DNA of 64,000 nucleotides from Candidatus Cloacimonadota bacterium (GCA_049903315.1 JBNGBT010000007.1:360-64359), one strand, 5' to 3'; positions 27,397-38,783 are shown, numbered from the stretch's first letter. Notes: generated by a model from the sequence alone, not told the origin. Translations and numbers: made by a program.

Positions 27397-30246
27397 ATGA
27401 AAAAACTTATTGGATTAACGATCGTGGCCTTGTTCATTACCTCACTTGCATTTGCAGTTAATTATACAAGTGGAGAAATGAGCAAAGGAACACCTTCAAA
27501 CTTTGAATTACACCCGAACTATACTCCTGGTGAACAGATTCACAGAGTTGCACCTAAAAATGTAGACCCTTATCGTGACGCTCCAGATCCAGAAGGTGTT
27601 CAACTTTTATATTGGGAGAACTTTGAAACCGAAGATGACATTTGGTATTACGCTAATCTTTCTTATTACTGGGTTATTCCTGTTGAAGCTTCTGAGTTCG
27701 GAACTCGTTTTACTGCCTATAGATCCGGCGACCTTGTAGGTGCATGGTTCTATTGGTATACTGGAAATGGTGGAGACGCTGATGTTCATGTCTATGCAGA
27801 TGATGGCACTGGATATCCTGGTGCTGGTTTAGGCAGTGTTTCAGTCACACCAGTTCTTAACGACTGGAACTATGTAGATCTTTCTGGTCTTGGAATTTCT
27901 GTTGATCCCTCTGCGGACTTCTTTATCACCTATAGTGTAGAAGCTGGTGATACTCTTAGTATTCTTTCAGATGATGGCGCGACTACAAATAATCGTGCAC
28001 TTGAAGTACTTCCTACACTCAAAGATTGGACCTATATGGTTAACGATTGGGGTGCAGACTACGAATGGTGCCTTGAAGCAATCATCGAGCACGACACAGA
28101 CCCCTGGGTTCCTGAGATTGCAGGCAGATGGCAGTGGGTCGATACAGATTATAACAGCCCCACTCATTCATGGTGGATTGCTGATGATACAGCATATCAA
28201 GGATACAACTGGCTCAGCTCTGAACCCTTTACTATAGGTGACGACTATGCTTTGGTCCAGGTAGATTACGCATATAGAAGCAGCTTACCTGAAGCAGTGT
28301 ATTCAGATGAATATTGGTCATTCTACATTGGAAATACAGCCGATGGTATTGATTGGCATGCGTCAACCTATAATGCTTATAACGCTGGCACATCTTGGTA
28401 TGGCGGCGATGAAGTAACTCATGAATACGGTACAAGCGCAATTTATTATTTGTACACACCAGATATCGATCTTACCACTGCTTGTGAAGCTACATTAACC
28501 TGTATGCTTGATTATGATACAGAAGCACCAGGCGGAGAAGACCCACCATTCAACGGTTGGGATGTTGCAAATGTTCAGATATCAACAGATGGCTGGGCAA
28601 CTAAAGGATTCCTTGAAGATCCTTCAAATCCTTATAATGTAACTATTGCTTTTGCCGGTTGGGCAAACACTTCACTTCCTGCAGACACATTGAGCTATCC
28701 CGGTTGGGGTGGTCCAAGTCCTGCCGGCTGGTTCGCAGCTACTTTCGATCTTGCTGCATACCTTGGTGAAACAGTTCAGATCCGTTTTGCTCTTGCATCA
28801 GATCCGTATACTGTAGCTCAGGGATTCTGGGTTGATAATCTTGATATTACCGCAGATGGCTCAGTCATATTCTCAGATTATGATGAGACCAACTTAATTC
28901 CTGCCCCTCCAGTTGTTGTTCTTGAAGAGCTCGAATACCTGGATACTTATACTGATGAAGATTGGTATGTTACTGATAAATATGACATTTCAATGTACGC
29001 TGGCGAGGAAGTAATTCTTAAGATGAAAGCTACCCTTGCAGACGATGCTGGTTCCGGAGAAGGTTTCTGGTTCGATGACATCCAGATAACCGGAGCCAAT
29101 CTTCCTGTTCATGATATGGCAGCAATGTTCAATGTAATGCCGTATGGTGCGACCGAAGGATGGGATTATAGTCCCGGTATCGTTTATGGAAATTACGGAA
29201 CAACAATCGAAGGTCCACAGCTTAGAATGGATAACCTTGATTATGGTACAACTCCATTCGATTATTACAATAACAATCCTCCAGCTATTGGCTATGGTGA
29301 ATTTGATCTCGCATGGCTCACTCAACTGACAGCACTTCCTGGCGCTGGCTGGTATGATTTCTGTGGTTGGACAGAGGTTGGTGGCGATGAAGATCCCACA
29401 AATGACTCTACCTATTTCTGGGGTGTCGAAGTATATCCCGCAGGATGGGCAGAATTCGGTAATAACTCCAGAGTATGGAGTGAAGACTTTTATACTTCTG
29501 GATACTGTGGAAACTGGTTTGATATCTTCGATGGTGCTCGTATGACATCATTTGATATCTATTCAGTTTGGACTCAGGTTATTAACTATGGTTCGACTGG
29601 TGATGTCGATACATGGACAGTTGAGATATTCGAAGCTGTCGATGACCTTACTCCCGGAGCAAGCCTATACTACGGTTCATTTGATTGTACCGGTATTGAC
29701 GGTGATGACTTTGGCTGGGTTGAATTCGTTCTTCCTACTCCATTACACATTACCGGTAATGTCATAGTTATGATCGGTGGTGTTTGGGTTGGCGGGTCTC
29801 CTGGTGTTGATGCCAGCTACTTCCCTGCATTTGATAGCATGGTCAGAAACTACCTGGGTGTCGGTGCATACTATGGACACAGTGTGTACGGTACAGAAGG
29901 CGATCCTGCAACTTGGGGACATTCCTCAGGTGACCGTTTCGTCAACATCTATGGTCGCGTAGATTATGCTACAGGTCCTGATGTTCCTGGTGATGTGAGT
30001 TATCTCAACCAGAACGTGCCAAATCCTGTCACAAATAATGCTACTATTAGTTACCATATAAAGGGCTCTCCAATGAACAATGCAGAGATCAAGATATATA
30101 ACGTACTTGGTCAGCTTGTTGATACAGTCCAGGGCGAGAATGGTATCGCTACCTGGAATCCTGGTGATGCACCTAATGGTGTCTATTTCTACAAAGTATC
30201 ATCCGACGACTTCACTTCAGTGAAGAAAATGATCCTTATGAGATAA
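27397..30246 (+). CDS. Large acidic secreted beta-sandwich protein with CTD (candidate major surface protein)
   Basis: Signal peptide; Trp/Asp/Gly-rich jelly-roll motifs (FDLAAYLGETVQIRF, GFWVDNL, GFWFDDIQI); QNVPNP..IYNVLGQLV CTD; strong RBS; own terminator. Confidence 0.75.
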   Translation: MKKLIGLTIVALFITSLAFAVNYTSGEMSKGTPSNFELHPNYTPGEQIHRVAPKNVDPYRDAPDPEGVQLLYWENFETEDDIWYYANLSYYWVIPVEASEFGTRFTAYRSGDLVGAWFYWYTGNGGDADVHVYADDGTGYPGAGLGSVSVTPVLNDWNYVDLSGLGISVDPSADFFITYSVEAGDTLSILSDDGATTNNRALEVLPTLKDWTYMVNDWGADYEWCLEAIIEHDTDPWVPEIAGRWQWVDTDYNSPTHSWWIADDTAYQGYNWLSSEPFTIGDDYALVQVDYAYRSSLPEAVYSDEYWSFYIGNTADGIDWHASTYNAYNAGTSWYGGDEVTHEYGTSAIYYLYTPDIDLTTACEATLTCMLDYDTEAPGGEDPPFNGWDVANVQISTDGWATKGFLEDPSNPYNVTIAFAGWANTSLPADTLSYPGWGGPSPAGWFAATFDLAAYLGETVQIRFALASDPYTVAQGFWVDNLDITADGSVIFSDYDETNLIPAPPVVVLEELEYLDTYTDEDWYVTDKYDISMYAGEEVILKMKATLADDAGSGEGFWFDDIQITGANLPVHDMAAMFNVMPYGATEGWDYSPGIVYGNYGTTIEGPQLRMDNLDYGTTPFDYYNNNPPAIGYGEFDLAWLTQLTALPGAGWYDFCGWTEVGGDEDPTNDSTYFWGVEVYPAGWAEFGNNSRVWSEDFYTSGYCGNWFDIFDGARMTSFDIYSVWTQVINYGSTGDVDTWTVEIFEAVDDLTPGASLYYGSFDCTGIDGDDFGWVEFVLPTPLHITGNVIVMIGGVWVGGSPGVDASYFPAFDSMVRNYLGVGAYYGHSVYGTEGDPATWGHSSGDRFVNIYGRVDYATGPDVPGDVSYLNQNVPNPVTNNATISYHIKGSPMNNAEIKIYNVLGQLVDTVQGENGIATWNPGDAPNGVYFYKVSSDDFTSVKKMILMR

Positions 30247-30260
30247 TAGATTACAAATAT

Positions 30261-30298
30261 AGCCCTACTTCGTTTATTCGGAGTGGGGCTTTTTTTTT
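30261..30298 (+). terminator. Rho-independent terminator
   Basis: agccctacttcg-tttatt-cggagtggggct followed by a T-run. Confidence 0.88.
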
Positions 30299-30307
30299 AT
30301 AAGATCC

Positions 30308-32176
30308 ATGGAAAAAACTCCCACTAATAATTCATATAAAATTCAACCTCTGATTTATTTAATTGCGCTTCTAATTTTAATTAATCCATTATTCATTTCT
30401 GTTCAAAAATATCTTATTTTCTCAACAAAAATATTAATACAGCAGATATTTATCATAACTATACTTTTCGTATATTTAATAGCAAAGGATTACAAAAAGC
30501 TCAAACTTTCTTTTCCGGTAATTATAATTTCTACCTATATATTGTATCTTTTTGTACGAACATTGTTACAACCGGTTTCAGCGTTTGGATTTCAGCAGTT
30601 GTATTATCTCTTCCCTTATACATTACTTTTTATTATAATATTGCAGCTTCATATCAACGATAATGAAAAGATATTCTTAAGTAATAGCTTCCTTTTAAGT
30701 TTCATTATTTCGATCGCATTTGGTGTATTTTTACAGAACAAGTATTCCACTTTTTCAAATTTTTCCCGACTGCAATTGTCATGGGCAAATGCAAACTATC
30801 TCGCAAGCTATCTACTCGTCACAATTGGATTTATTCTCTATACATGGAAAAGCACAAAAAAGAAATGGATTCATATCACAGCATTGATAAGTCTGATAGC
30901 CGCACTCGCATTTTTGTTCTGGACACAATCCAGAGGGGGAATGCTCAGTCTCATTTTAGTGCTTCTTATTGTATACATCATTTATGCGATAAAAAAACAA
31001 AAAAAATTACATATATTTATTTCATTTACAATTTTGATACTTTTACTATTAAGTTTTAACTATGTTTTCAGAACAATACGTCCTCAGACAATTACATTTC
31101 GTGAGCGTGTCTATAAGGCAAATGTAGAATATATTAAACATAACTGGTTATTTGGAAGCGGATTAGGCACATTCATAAATGAATTCCCCCGATATAGACT
31201 CAAGGATTATAAACTCCTTGGACAGGAGGACATCATTTCTCATGCCCATAATGAATTCGTTGAGATATGGGTGGAAACAGGTATTCTCGGGCTTGCTTTA
31301 TTTATTGCCTTCCTCTTTGCGTTAATAAGACAATATAAAAGAAAAATACATTCAAAGGATAAATATTTTATCTATGTTACTGCATTCTCTCTCGTACTTT
31401 TATTGATACATAATTTATTCTCCATCACGATGCGGATTCCGCCAATTCTCATCTATTTTTTTATTCTTGCAGGTTTTCTCTCAGCTGATTATTCCAAAGA
31501 AACAGAAAAGGAAACCTACTCCATATCTAAATATATTTTGTTAGTATTTATTTTTGGTTTGGTAATCTGTGCGGTTAACCAATATCGAACTATCCGGGGA
31601 CTTGATCATTTCTCTAAATCAGAGAGTTATTACGCATCAAAAGACAATAAGTTGCTCCCAAATGCAATTCTTGAAGCTGAAATCGCACAAAAATTTATTC
31701 CAAATAATACAGACTTGCTCTATCATCAAGGATTGCTCTATACAATAAGTGAGAATCATTCAAGTGCACTTCAAACATATAAAATGCTGGAGCGAATTTC
31801 TCCAAACTATCCGCAACTCCATTTCTGGAAAGGCTATTTACTCTCTCTTTCTGGTGCGTGGACACTCTCAGTGAAAGAATATAAAAAAGAAATAAGGTAT
31901 AACGAATACCCGAAGGTTTATTTCAATTTGGCAATTGCATACCATTATCTTGCCGATGAGAGTAATTCGATGATGAATTTCCTGATCTTTGCAGAAAAAA
32001 TCAAGCAGAAAACGGAACGGCATCTTATAAAAGATAAAGACAGGATTATGAAAGAAGAGGGTAGGAATCTGAAATTTGCACTTGATAATCTGGCTAAATA
32101 TTACGAAGGCAATCAATCTATGATTGACAGAATTGATTATTTGAGACAGTATTTTTTTGCTGAAAACAGTAATTAA
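30308..32176 (+). CDS. O-antigen ligase / O-oligosaccharyltransferase family protein with TPR tail
   Basis: NANYLASYL, TQSRGG, FGSGLGTF, HAHNEFVEIWVETGILG; about 12 TM segments. Confidence 0.88.
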   Translation: MEKTPTNNSYKIQPLIYLIALLILINPLFISVQKYLIFSTKILIQQIFIITILFVYLIAKDYKKLKLSFPVIIISTYILYLFVRTLLQPVSAFGFQQLYYLFPYTLLFIIILQLHINDNEKIFLSNSFLLSFIISIAFGVFLQNKYSTFSNFSRLQLSWANANYLASYLLVTIGFILYTWKSTKKKWIHITALISLIAALAFLFWTQSRGGMLSLILVLLIVYIIYAIKKQKKLHIFISFTILILLLLSFNYVFRTIRPQTITFRERVYKANVEYIKHNWLFGSGLGTFINEFPRYRLKDYKLLGQEDIISHAHNEFVEIWVETGILGLALFIAFLFALIRQYKRKIHSKDKYFIYVTAFSLVLLLIHNLFSITMRIPPILIYFFILAGFLSADYSKETEKETYSISKYILLVFIFGLVICAVNQYRTIRGLDHFSKSESYYASKDNKLLPNAILEAEIAQKFIPNNTDLLYHQGLLYTISENHSSALQTYKMLERISPNYPQLHFWKGYLLSLSGAWTLSVKEYKKEIRYNEYPKVYFNLAIAYHYLADESNSMMNFLIFAEKIKQKTERHLIKDKDRIMKEEGRNLKFALDNLAKYYEGNQSMIDRIDYLRQYFFAENSN

Positions 32177-32252
32177 CGAAAAACTCTTTAATTTTCTTTA
32201 CTATCCTAGAGGTGCCCTTTTTAAATAGGTATTTTTAAGGAACTTAGAGATA

Positions 32253-33896
32253 ATGCATAAAAAGAAATATGAAGATCTTGTAAAGAAGTTAAGAGAGAAA
32301 TATCCTGAGCGCCAGAAAGAATTTATTACAGGCTCCTCAGAAGAAGTACAACGTCTATATACACCAGAAGATACAAAAGAAATAGATTATGACAGGGATA
32401 TTGGATATCCCGGACTCTATCCTTTCACGCGCGGTGTCCAGCCAACAATGTACAGAGGAAGGTTGTGGACAATGCGCCAGTATGCTGGATTCGGTACAGC
32501 AGAAGAATCGAACCAACGATATAAATTTCTCCTCTCACAAGGTCAGACCGGTTTATCCATTGCTTTTGACCTTTGTACACAAATTGGGTATGATTCTGAT
32601 GATCCGATATGTGTTGGGGAAGTGGGGAAGGTAGGAGTGGCAATTGACTCTCTCGCAGATATGGAAATTCTTTTTGACGGTATCCCACTTGATAAAGTAT
32701 CAACTTCTATGACCATCAACGCTCCTGCTGCGATCGTTCTTGCAATGTATATAGCTGTTGCAGAAAAACAAGGCGTCGCACTGGATCAATTAACAGGTAC
32801 GATCCAGAATGATATTCTCAAAGAATACATCGCTCGTGGCACCTATATATTTCCTATAAAACCTTCAATGAGGCTCATCACGAATATTTTTGAGTATTGC
32901 TCGAAACATGTGCCAAATTGGAACACGATCTCCGTATCTGGCTATCATATCAGAGAAGCTGGTTCAACTGCAGCAGAGGAAATTGCATTTACTCTTGCTG
33001 ATGGTATTGCATATGTACAGGCAGCTATAGATGCAGGATTGGAAGTTGATGACTTCGCTCCCCGAATCTCGTTCTTTTTCAATGCTCAGAACGATCTCTT
33101 TGAAGAGGTTGCTAAATTCCGTGCTGCAAGGCGGTTATGGGCGCAAATCATGAAAGACAGATTTCATTCGAATAATCCTAAATCTCAAATGTTACGCTTT
33201 CATACACAAACAGGCGGCTCTACGCTTACTGCTCAACAATCCGACAATAATATCGTAAGGATCACGATTCAAGCTCTTGCAGCGGTTCTTGGAGGCACAC
33301 AATCCCTTCATACAAACTCACGGGACGAAGCACTCGCGCTTCCTACTGAGGAATCTGTTCGGATCGCACTTCGGACACAGCAAATACTTGGATTTGAAAG
33401 TGGTGTTACAAATACTATCGATCCACTCGCGGGTTCATATTTTGTAGAAAAAATGACTGAAGAAATCGAAAAAAAAGCAAAAAAACACATTCGGCGAATT
33501 GATGAACTTGGTGGAATGGTTGAAGCTATTGAAAAGGGATATGTACAAAAACAAATCCAGGATAGCGCTTACAAGTATCAGAAGCAGATCGAGAAAAATG
33601 AACGAATAATTGTCGGAGTTAATAAATTTACTACTGAAAAGGAATCACCAAAAAACTTACTTCGAGTTGATGAAAAAGTTGAACAACTACAAGTTAAAAA
33701 ATTGCACAAGATAAAAGCTCAAAGAGATGAGAAAAAAGTGCATGAAAATCTAGAAAAAATACGTAAAATTTCTCGAACTGAAGAGAACCTCATTCCGTCA
33801 ATTCTCGAAGCTGTGAAGACCTATGCCACTCTTGGTGAAATTTGTAATGTGTTACGTGAGGAATTTGGTGAATATAGCGAACAAATTGTTTTTTAA
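32253..33896 (+). CDS. Methylmalonyl-CoA mutase, substrate-binding subunit
   Basis: [18 protein letters not shown] (Tyr), [13 protein letters not shown] (Arg), SGYHIREAG. Confidence 0.93.
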   Translation: MHKKKYEDLVKKLREKYPERQKEFITGSSEEVQRLYTPEDTKEIDYDRDIGYPGLYPFTRGVQPTMYRGRLWTMRQYAGFGTAEESNQRYKFLLSQGQTGLSIAFDLCTQIGYDSDDPICVGEVGKVGVAIDSLADMEILFDGIPLDKVSTSMTINAPAAIVLAMYIAVAEKQGVALDQLTGTIQNDILKEYIARGTYIFPIKPSMRLITNIFEYCSKHVPNWNTISVSGYHIREAGSTAAEEIAFTLADGIAYVQAAIDAGLEVDDFAPRISFFFNAQNDLFEEVAKFRAARRLWAQIMKDRFHSNNPKSQMLRFHTQTGGSTLTAQQSDNNIVRITIQALAAVLGGTQSLHTNSRDEALALPTEESVRIALRTQQILGFESGVTNTIDPLAGSYFVEKMTEEIEKKAKKHIRRIDELGGMVEAIEKGYVQKQIQDSAYKYQKQIEKNERIIVGVNKFTTEKESPKNLLRVDEKVEQLQVKKLHKIKAQRDEKKVHENLEKIRKISRTEENLIPSILEAVKTYATLGEICNVLREEFGEYSEQIVF

Positions 33897-33911
33897 GAGA
33901 ATCGTAATAAT

Positions 33912-34307
33912 ATGAAAAAAATAAAAATATTAATTGCAAAACCTGGCCTTGATGGACATGACAGGGGAGCGAAATTTGTTTCTCAAGTCCTCAGGAATGC
34001 CGGTTATGAAGTCATATATACAGGCATTCGTCAAACACCAGAACAAATAGTCACTTCTGCGATACAAGAGGACGTAGATTTTCTTGGAATGAGTATCCTG
34101 TCCGGTGCACATAATGTGCTCTTCAAAAAAGTTATGGATATCCTCCGAAATGAAAATACGGATGATATAATTGTGTTTGCCGGGGGCGTTATACCTGAGG
34201 ATGATATACCGTATTTGAAATCGCTGGGTATCAAAGAAATTTTCACGCCCGGAACCTCTTCGAAAAAAATAATTGAATTTATTGAAAACAATGCATCAAA
34301 AGAGTAA
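33912..34307 (+). CDS. Methylmalonyl-CoA mutase, cobalamin-binding subunit
   Basis: AKPGLDGHDRGAK (DxHxxG), SILSGAH, GGVIP. Confidence 0.93.
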   Translation: MKKIKILIAKPGLDGHDRGAKFVSQVLRNAGYEVIYTGIRQTPEQIVTSAIQEDVDFLGMSILSGAHNVLFKKVMDILRNENTDDIIVFAGGVIPEDDIPYLKSLGIKEIFTPGTSSKKIIEFIENNASKE

Positions 34308-34325
34308 TAAATTATAGGAGATCTT

Positions 34326-35705
34326 ATGGTTAAATATCCTGTTGAACCGTTTAAAATAAAGATGGTCGAACCCATTAAAATATTGGATAGAGAACAAAGG
34401 ATCAAAAAGATCAAGCAGGCAAAATATAATCTTTTCAATCTAAAAGCTGAGGATATTTTTATCGATCTTCTTACCGACAGCGGAACTTCTGCTATGAGCG
34501 ACTCACAATGGGCTGGTATCATGCGGGGTGATGAATCCTATGCAGGAAGCAGGAGTTATTTGCATTTCGAGCGATCAGTCAAAAATATCTTCGGTTATGA
34601 AAATATCATTCCAACCCATCAGGGAAGAGCTGCAGAAGCAATTTTATTTTCGACTATTCTCAAGCCCGGTGATTATGTGCCAAGCAATATTCATTTTGAT
34701 ACCACTGAGGGAAACATACGCAATAATGGTGGAATTCCAGTGGCGTGTGTGATTGATGAAGGATTGGATCCAGCAAGTATTTATCCATTCAAAGGAAATA
34801 TCGATCTTAATAAATTACAAAAGCTGGTAGATGAAGTTGGCGTTGAGAATATCCCAATTGCTATGATCACAATTACCAATAACAGTGGGGGTGGTCAGCC
34901 GGTTTCGTTGGAAAATATCAAACAGGTTTATCATTTTTGGAAAAAACTGAACGTCCCGTTCTTTATTGATGCGTGCCGTTATGCAGAGAATGCGTATTTC
35001 ATAAAGATGAGAGAAAAGGAATACGAAAATTCATCAATTGAAGAAATTGCAAAAGAAATATTTGCGCACGCTGATGGTGCGACTATGTCAGCAAAAAAGG
35101 ATGCATTGGTGAATATTGGCGGCTTTATCACATTGAAAGACAGTGAGCTTGCTCAAAGACTCATAAGCAAACTCATTATCACAGAAGGTTTTAAAACCTA
35201 TGGAGGATTATCCGGACGCGATCTCGAGGCTGTTGCAATCGGTTTACAGGAAGGATTGAACGAAGATTACTTGAGATATAGGATCGAGCAAACTGCATAT
35301 CTCGGTGAAAGTCTATTGGAGAAGGGCATCCCAATTGTACGCCCTCCCGGGGGTCATGCGATTTATATCGACGCACTCTCTGTACTTCCAGATATCCCTC
35401 AGAAATATTTCCCTGCACAAGCCCTTGCTATAGCATTGTACATTGAAGGTGGAATACGCGGAGTTGAGATTGGCAGTATCATGTTTGCATATAATGATGA
35501 AAAAACTGGAGAAACCATCTATCCCAAACTAGAACTTGTGCGCCTTGCAATACCGCGCCGTGTATATACGAGAGCGCATCTCGATTGTGTTGTTAAAACT
35601 GTGAAGAAAGTCATGGATAACAGACATCACCTGAAGGGATTACGTATAACTTATCAACCAAAATTACTCAGACATTTTACTGTTGAGTTAGAAGAAATTT
35701 CATAG
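34326..35705 (+). CDS. tnaA: Tryptophanase
   Basis: DLLTDSGT, PTHQGRAAE, MSAKKD (PLP lysine); HFDTT and LRHFT favour tryptophanase over tyrosine phenol-lyase. Confidence 0.85.
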   Translation: MVKYPVEPFKIKMVEPIKILDREQRIKKIKQAKYNLFNLKAEDIFIDLLTDSGTSAMSDSQWAGIMRGDESYAGSRSYLHFERSVKNIFGYENIIPTHQGRAAEAILFSTILKPGDYVPSNIHFDTTEGNIRNNGGIPVACVIDEGLDPASIYPFKGNIDLNKLQKLVDEVGVENIPIAMITITNNSGGGQPVSLENIKQVYHFWKKLNVPFFIDACRYAENAYFIKMREKEYENSSIEEIAKEIFAHADGATMSAKKDALVNIGGFITLKDSELAQRLISKLIITEGFKTYGGLSGRDLEAVAIGLQEGLNEDYLRYRIEQTAYLGESLLEKGIPIVRPPGGHAIYIDALSVLPDIPQKYFPAQALAIALYIEGGIRGVEIGSIMFAYNDEKTGETIYPKLELVRLAIPRRVYTRAHLDCVVKTVKKVMDNRHHLKGLRITYQPKLLRHFTVELEEIS

Positions 35706-35713
35706 GACAAAAA

Positions 35714-36943
35714 ATGGGTAAAACAATTGTAGAAAAAATAATTCAGCTCCATTCTGAAGAAGAAGCCGTAGCTGGTAAGATAGTATGGATGAAACTCGAT
35801 GTTCGTACTGCCCGTGATTTTGGCGGACCAAATGTGGTTAAAAATTTAGAAAAACACTATCCTGACGCAGAATTGCCGGACAAAGAAAACGTATTTTTTA
35901 CTTTCGATACTGTCGCACCTGCCAAAACAATTCCTTATGCAAATAATCAGCAAATTTGCCGTGAGTTTGCGAACAAGAACGGGCTCAAAGTTTATGATGT
36001 GGATGCAGGTATCGGCACACATATTCTTATGGAAAAAGGATTTGCACGACCCGGCAGAACTCTGGTCGGAACCGACAGCCATTTTAACATTCTTGGAGCA
36101 GTTAATGCTTTTGGACAAGGCATGGGTGATCAGGATATTGCATTCGGATTCAGTACAGGGAGAACATGGTTTGAAGTTCCGGAAACCATAAAAGTAAATC
36201 TTAAAGGCACATTCTCGTATCCTGCCACAGGGAAGGACCTTGTTCTCTACATTCTTAAAAGGATCGGCAGTAAAGGGGCACTTGGCAAATGTATTGAATA
36301 TTATGGTGAGTGCTTGCAGGATTTGACTTTTTCCGATTATATAACTTTGTGCAGCATGATGACTGAAATGGGTGGTATCGTTGCATTTCCCGAGCAAAAT
36401 GCTCAAGTCAGTCAATGGCTGAAAGAACGAACAGGCGAAAATCTTCAATTCATTATTGCTGATAATGATGCTCAATATACTGAAGAAATTGAAATCGATG
36501 TTTCGGGATTACAACCTCAAATCGCATGCCCGCCAAAACCGGATAATGTTAAAGATGTTTCTGAACTTAAAGGATTAAAAGTCGGCTCAATTTTTGTGGG
36601 CTCTTGTACGAATGGTCGTATTGAGGATATGCGTTATCTTGCCGATATTCTGAAAGATAATCATGTTGCAGAAGGTATAATGCTTCGAGTCGTTCCTGCC
36701 ACACGAGAGGTTTATGGGCAAATGCTCAAAGAAGGTCTGATAGATATTCTTTTCAACGCCGGTGCTATTGTATCGAATCCGGGATGTGGCGGCTGTGCAT
36801 CAGGACAGATTGGTATGACTGGTAAAGGTGAAGTTCAAATCTCTACATCAAATAGAAATTTCAAAGGCAAACAAGGTGATGGTGAAACCTATCTGGCAAG
36901 TCCTGTCACTGCAGCATTTGCCGCAATAAAAGGGGAGTTATAA
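35714..36943 (+). CDS. Isopropylmalate/homoaconitate dehydratase-family large subunit (LeuC/HacA-like)
   Basis: GTDSH, VGSCTNGRIED, PGCGGC, STSNRNFKGKQG, YLASP. Confidence 0.88.
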   Translation: MGKTIVEKIIQLHSEEEAVAGKIVWMKLDVRTARDFGGPNVVKNLEKHYPDAELPDKENVFFTFDTVAPAKTIPYANNQQICREFANKNGLKVYDVDAGIGTHILMEKGFARPGRTLVGTDSHFNILGAVNAFGQGMGDQDIAFGFSTGRTWFEVPETIKVNLKGTFSYPATGKDLVLYILKRIGSKGALGKCIEYYGECLQDLTFSDYITLCSMMTEMGGIVAFPEQNAQVSQWLKERTGENLQFIIADNDAQYTEEIEIDVSGLQPQIACPPKPDNVKDVSELKGLKVGSIFVGSCTNGRIEDMRYLADILKDNHVAEGIMLRVVPATREVYGQMLKEGLIDILFNAGAIVSNPGCGGCASGQIGMTGKGEVQISTSNRNFKGKQGDGETYLASPVTAAFAAIKGEL

Positions 36944-36951
36944 ATAAACAT

Positions 36952-38178
36952 ATGAAGAACCTGTTTTTATTACTGCCACTGGTCATCGTTTTGTTTTCGT
37001 GCACACACAAAGACCAGGTTACCGAAATTGAAACTCCAGATCCCTACGATCATGTGTATGGAAAACTCAAAACCGGTAAATCACTTTATTCTATCCTTCT
37101 TGATAATGATATCTCCTATCAGGATGCATACAAAATCACAAAAGAGTTAAATACCCTTTATGATTTGAGATATTCACATCCAAATGATAGTTTTCATCTG
37201 AAGATTGATAGTCTCGGAGTTGTACAAATCATTGAATATTCTCCAAATAAAATTGATAAATATATTGTTGCCCGGGATTCGACTGATGAATTTGACGTAT
37301 TTCAGGAGAAGCTTGTGCTTGAAAAAGATATCCTGTTACATACGACTATTCTGAAATCATCTCTCTATGAAACATTAGTTGATGGAGGATTAGATCCGCA
37401 ATTGGTTATGAAGTTCAGTGATATTTTTCAGTGGGATATTGATTTTTTTATTGATCCCCGCGAAGGTGACACCTGCTCTATAATATATGAAGCTTTCAGT
37501 CATGATGGGGAAATCCTGAAATATGGAAATATTTTGGGAGCATCTTACCAAGGTAAACTCTTTGATCTCACTGCTTATTACTATGATAACGGCGGGAAAG
37601 AGCACGGATATTACGCCCGTGATGGTGAATCCTTCCAAAAAGCATTCCTGCGATCTCCATTAAATTACTCATACATCAGCTCATATTTTGGAATGCGGCT
37701 TCATCCGATAACAAAACAGGTATGGTTACACAGCGGTGTAGATTATGCTGCACCTCTTGGAACTCCTGTTGTCAGTTCCGCAGATGGAACAGTAATTCAT
37801 AAAGGCTGGAAGGGTGGACATCCCACGCCAAAAGGAAACACCGGAGGTTATGGCAACACTGTGATGATCCGCCATACTAACGGTTTTAAAACACTCTATG
37901 GCCACTTGAATGCGTATGCCAGAAATCTCTACGTCGGCAAACGGGTGCTTCAGGGAGAAGTGATAGGGTATGTTGGCTCAACCGGTTGGTCCACAGGTCC
38001 ACACTTGCATTACACGATCTATCAGCATGATAGCCCAATTGATCCTCTCTCACTAAATAATGTTTCGGGTCCTCCCATCCCAAAAGAATATTTGGATGAA
38101 TTCATGGATTCTGTACATCATATTGACACACTCTTCAAAGAATCGAGAAAAACGTTTCTGCAATCAATTTTTGGATAA
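36952..38178 (+). CDS. M23 peptidoglycan endopeptidase lipoprotein (MepM-like)
   Basis: Lipobox LFSC; F.WDIDF; HSGVDYAAP, YGHL, STGPHLHY. Confidence 0.9.
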   Translation: MKNLFLLLPLVIVLFSCTHKDQVTEIETPDPYDHVYGKLKTGKSLYSILLDNDISYQDAYKITKELNTLYDLRYSHPNDSFHLKIDSLGVVQIIEYSPNKIDKYIVARDSTDEFDVFQEKLVLEKDILLHTTILKSSLYETLVDGGLDPQLVMKFSDIFQWDIDFFIDPREGDTCSIIYEAFSHDGEILKYGNILGASYQGKLFDLTAYYYDNGGKEHGYYARDGESFQKAFLRSPLNYSYISSYFGMRLHPITKQVWLHSGVDYAAPLGTPVVSSADGTVIHKGWKGGHPTPKGNTGGYGNTVMIRHTNGFKTLYGHLNAYARNLYVGKRVLQGEVIGYVGSTGWSTGPHLHYTIYQHDSPIDPLSLNNVSGPPIPKEYLDEFMDSVHHIDTLFKESRKTFLQSIFG

Positions 38179-38267
38179 AATGAACATGTTTGGAAAAATA
38201 GAGCATCTTAGGGATTTAATAAGCAAAAAATTTGACAGTTTATCAAGAGGAGCACGTTTTATCTATA

Positions 38268-38783
38268 ATGCAAAAGAATTGTAAAATAACTGGTAAGATT
38301 TGGCTCATTATTGACTATCAAAATACTCTTATTAATGACATTGACACTGATATGATATTTCATAATCAGTATCTTGCAATCACGGATATCAATAAAATGG
38401 GGCAATATACTTTTGATAATCTCGATGGTTGGAAAGATTTTTCACATAAAGCTCAGAAAGGTGATATCGTTGTAGTTGGGAAAAATTTTGGTGCAGGATC
38501 CTCACGGCAGCAAGCTGTAGATTGCTTTGCATCTCTTGGTATTCAAGCCATTCTCGCAGAATCCTTTGGAGCAATCTATAAAAGGAATGCTATTAACTCA
38601 GGATTACCAATCTTAACTATTACAGATATTGATCTTTCAAAACTATCACAACGGGAAGAGATCACTATTGACCTTAAAAAGGGAACTGTTTCAAATCCAC
38701 ACATTCGGATTGAACCATTTTCTAAAGTACAACTTGATATTTATCAAGCAGGCAATTTGTTTGCTTTTGGCAAAAGAAATTAG
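38268..38783 (+). CDS. Dehydratase small subunit (LeuD/HacB-like)
   Basis: DIDTDMI, GKNFGAGSSRQQA, AESFGAIYKRNAINSGLP. Confidence 0.88.
   Translation: MQKNCKITGKIWLIIDYQNTLINDIDTDMIFHNQYLAITDINKMGQYTFDNLDGWKDFSHKAQKGDIVVVGKNFGAGSSRQQAVDCFASLGIQAILAESFGAIYKRNAINSGLPILTITDIDLSKLSQREEITIDLKKGTVSNPHIRIEPFSKVQLDIYQAGNLFAFGKRN

Noticed and set aside
27179..27400. 73-aa ORF
   Set aside because: TTG start, no RBS, no motifs; better explained as a leader region
34326..35705. Tyrosine phenol-lyase
   Set aside because: FDTT and RHFT signatures favour tryptophanase
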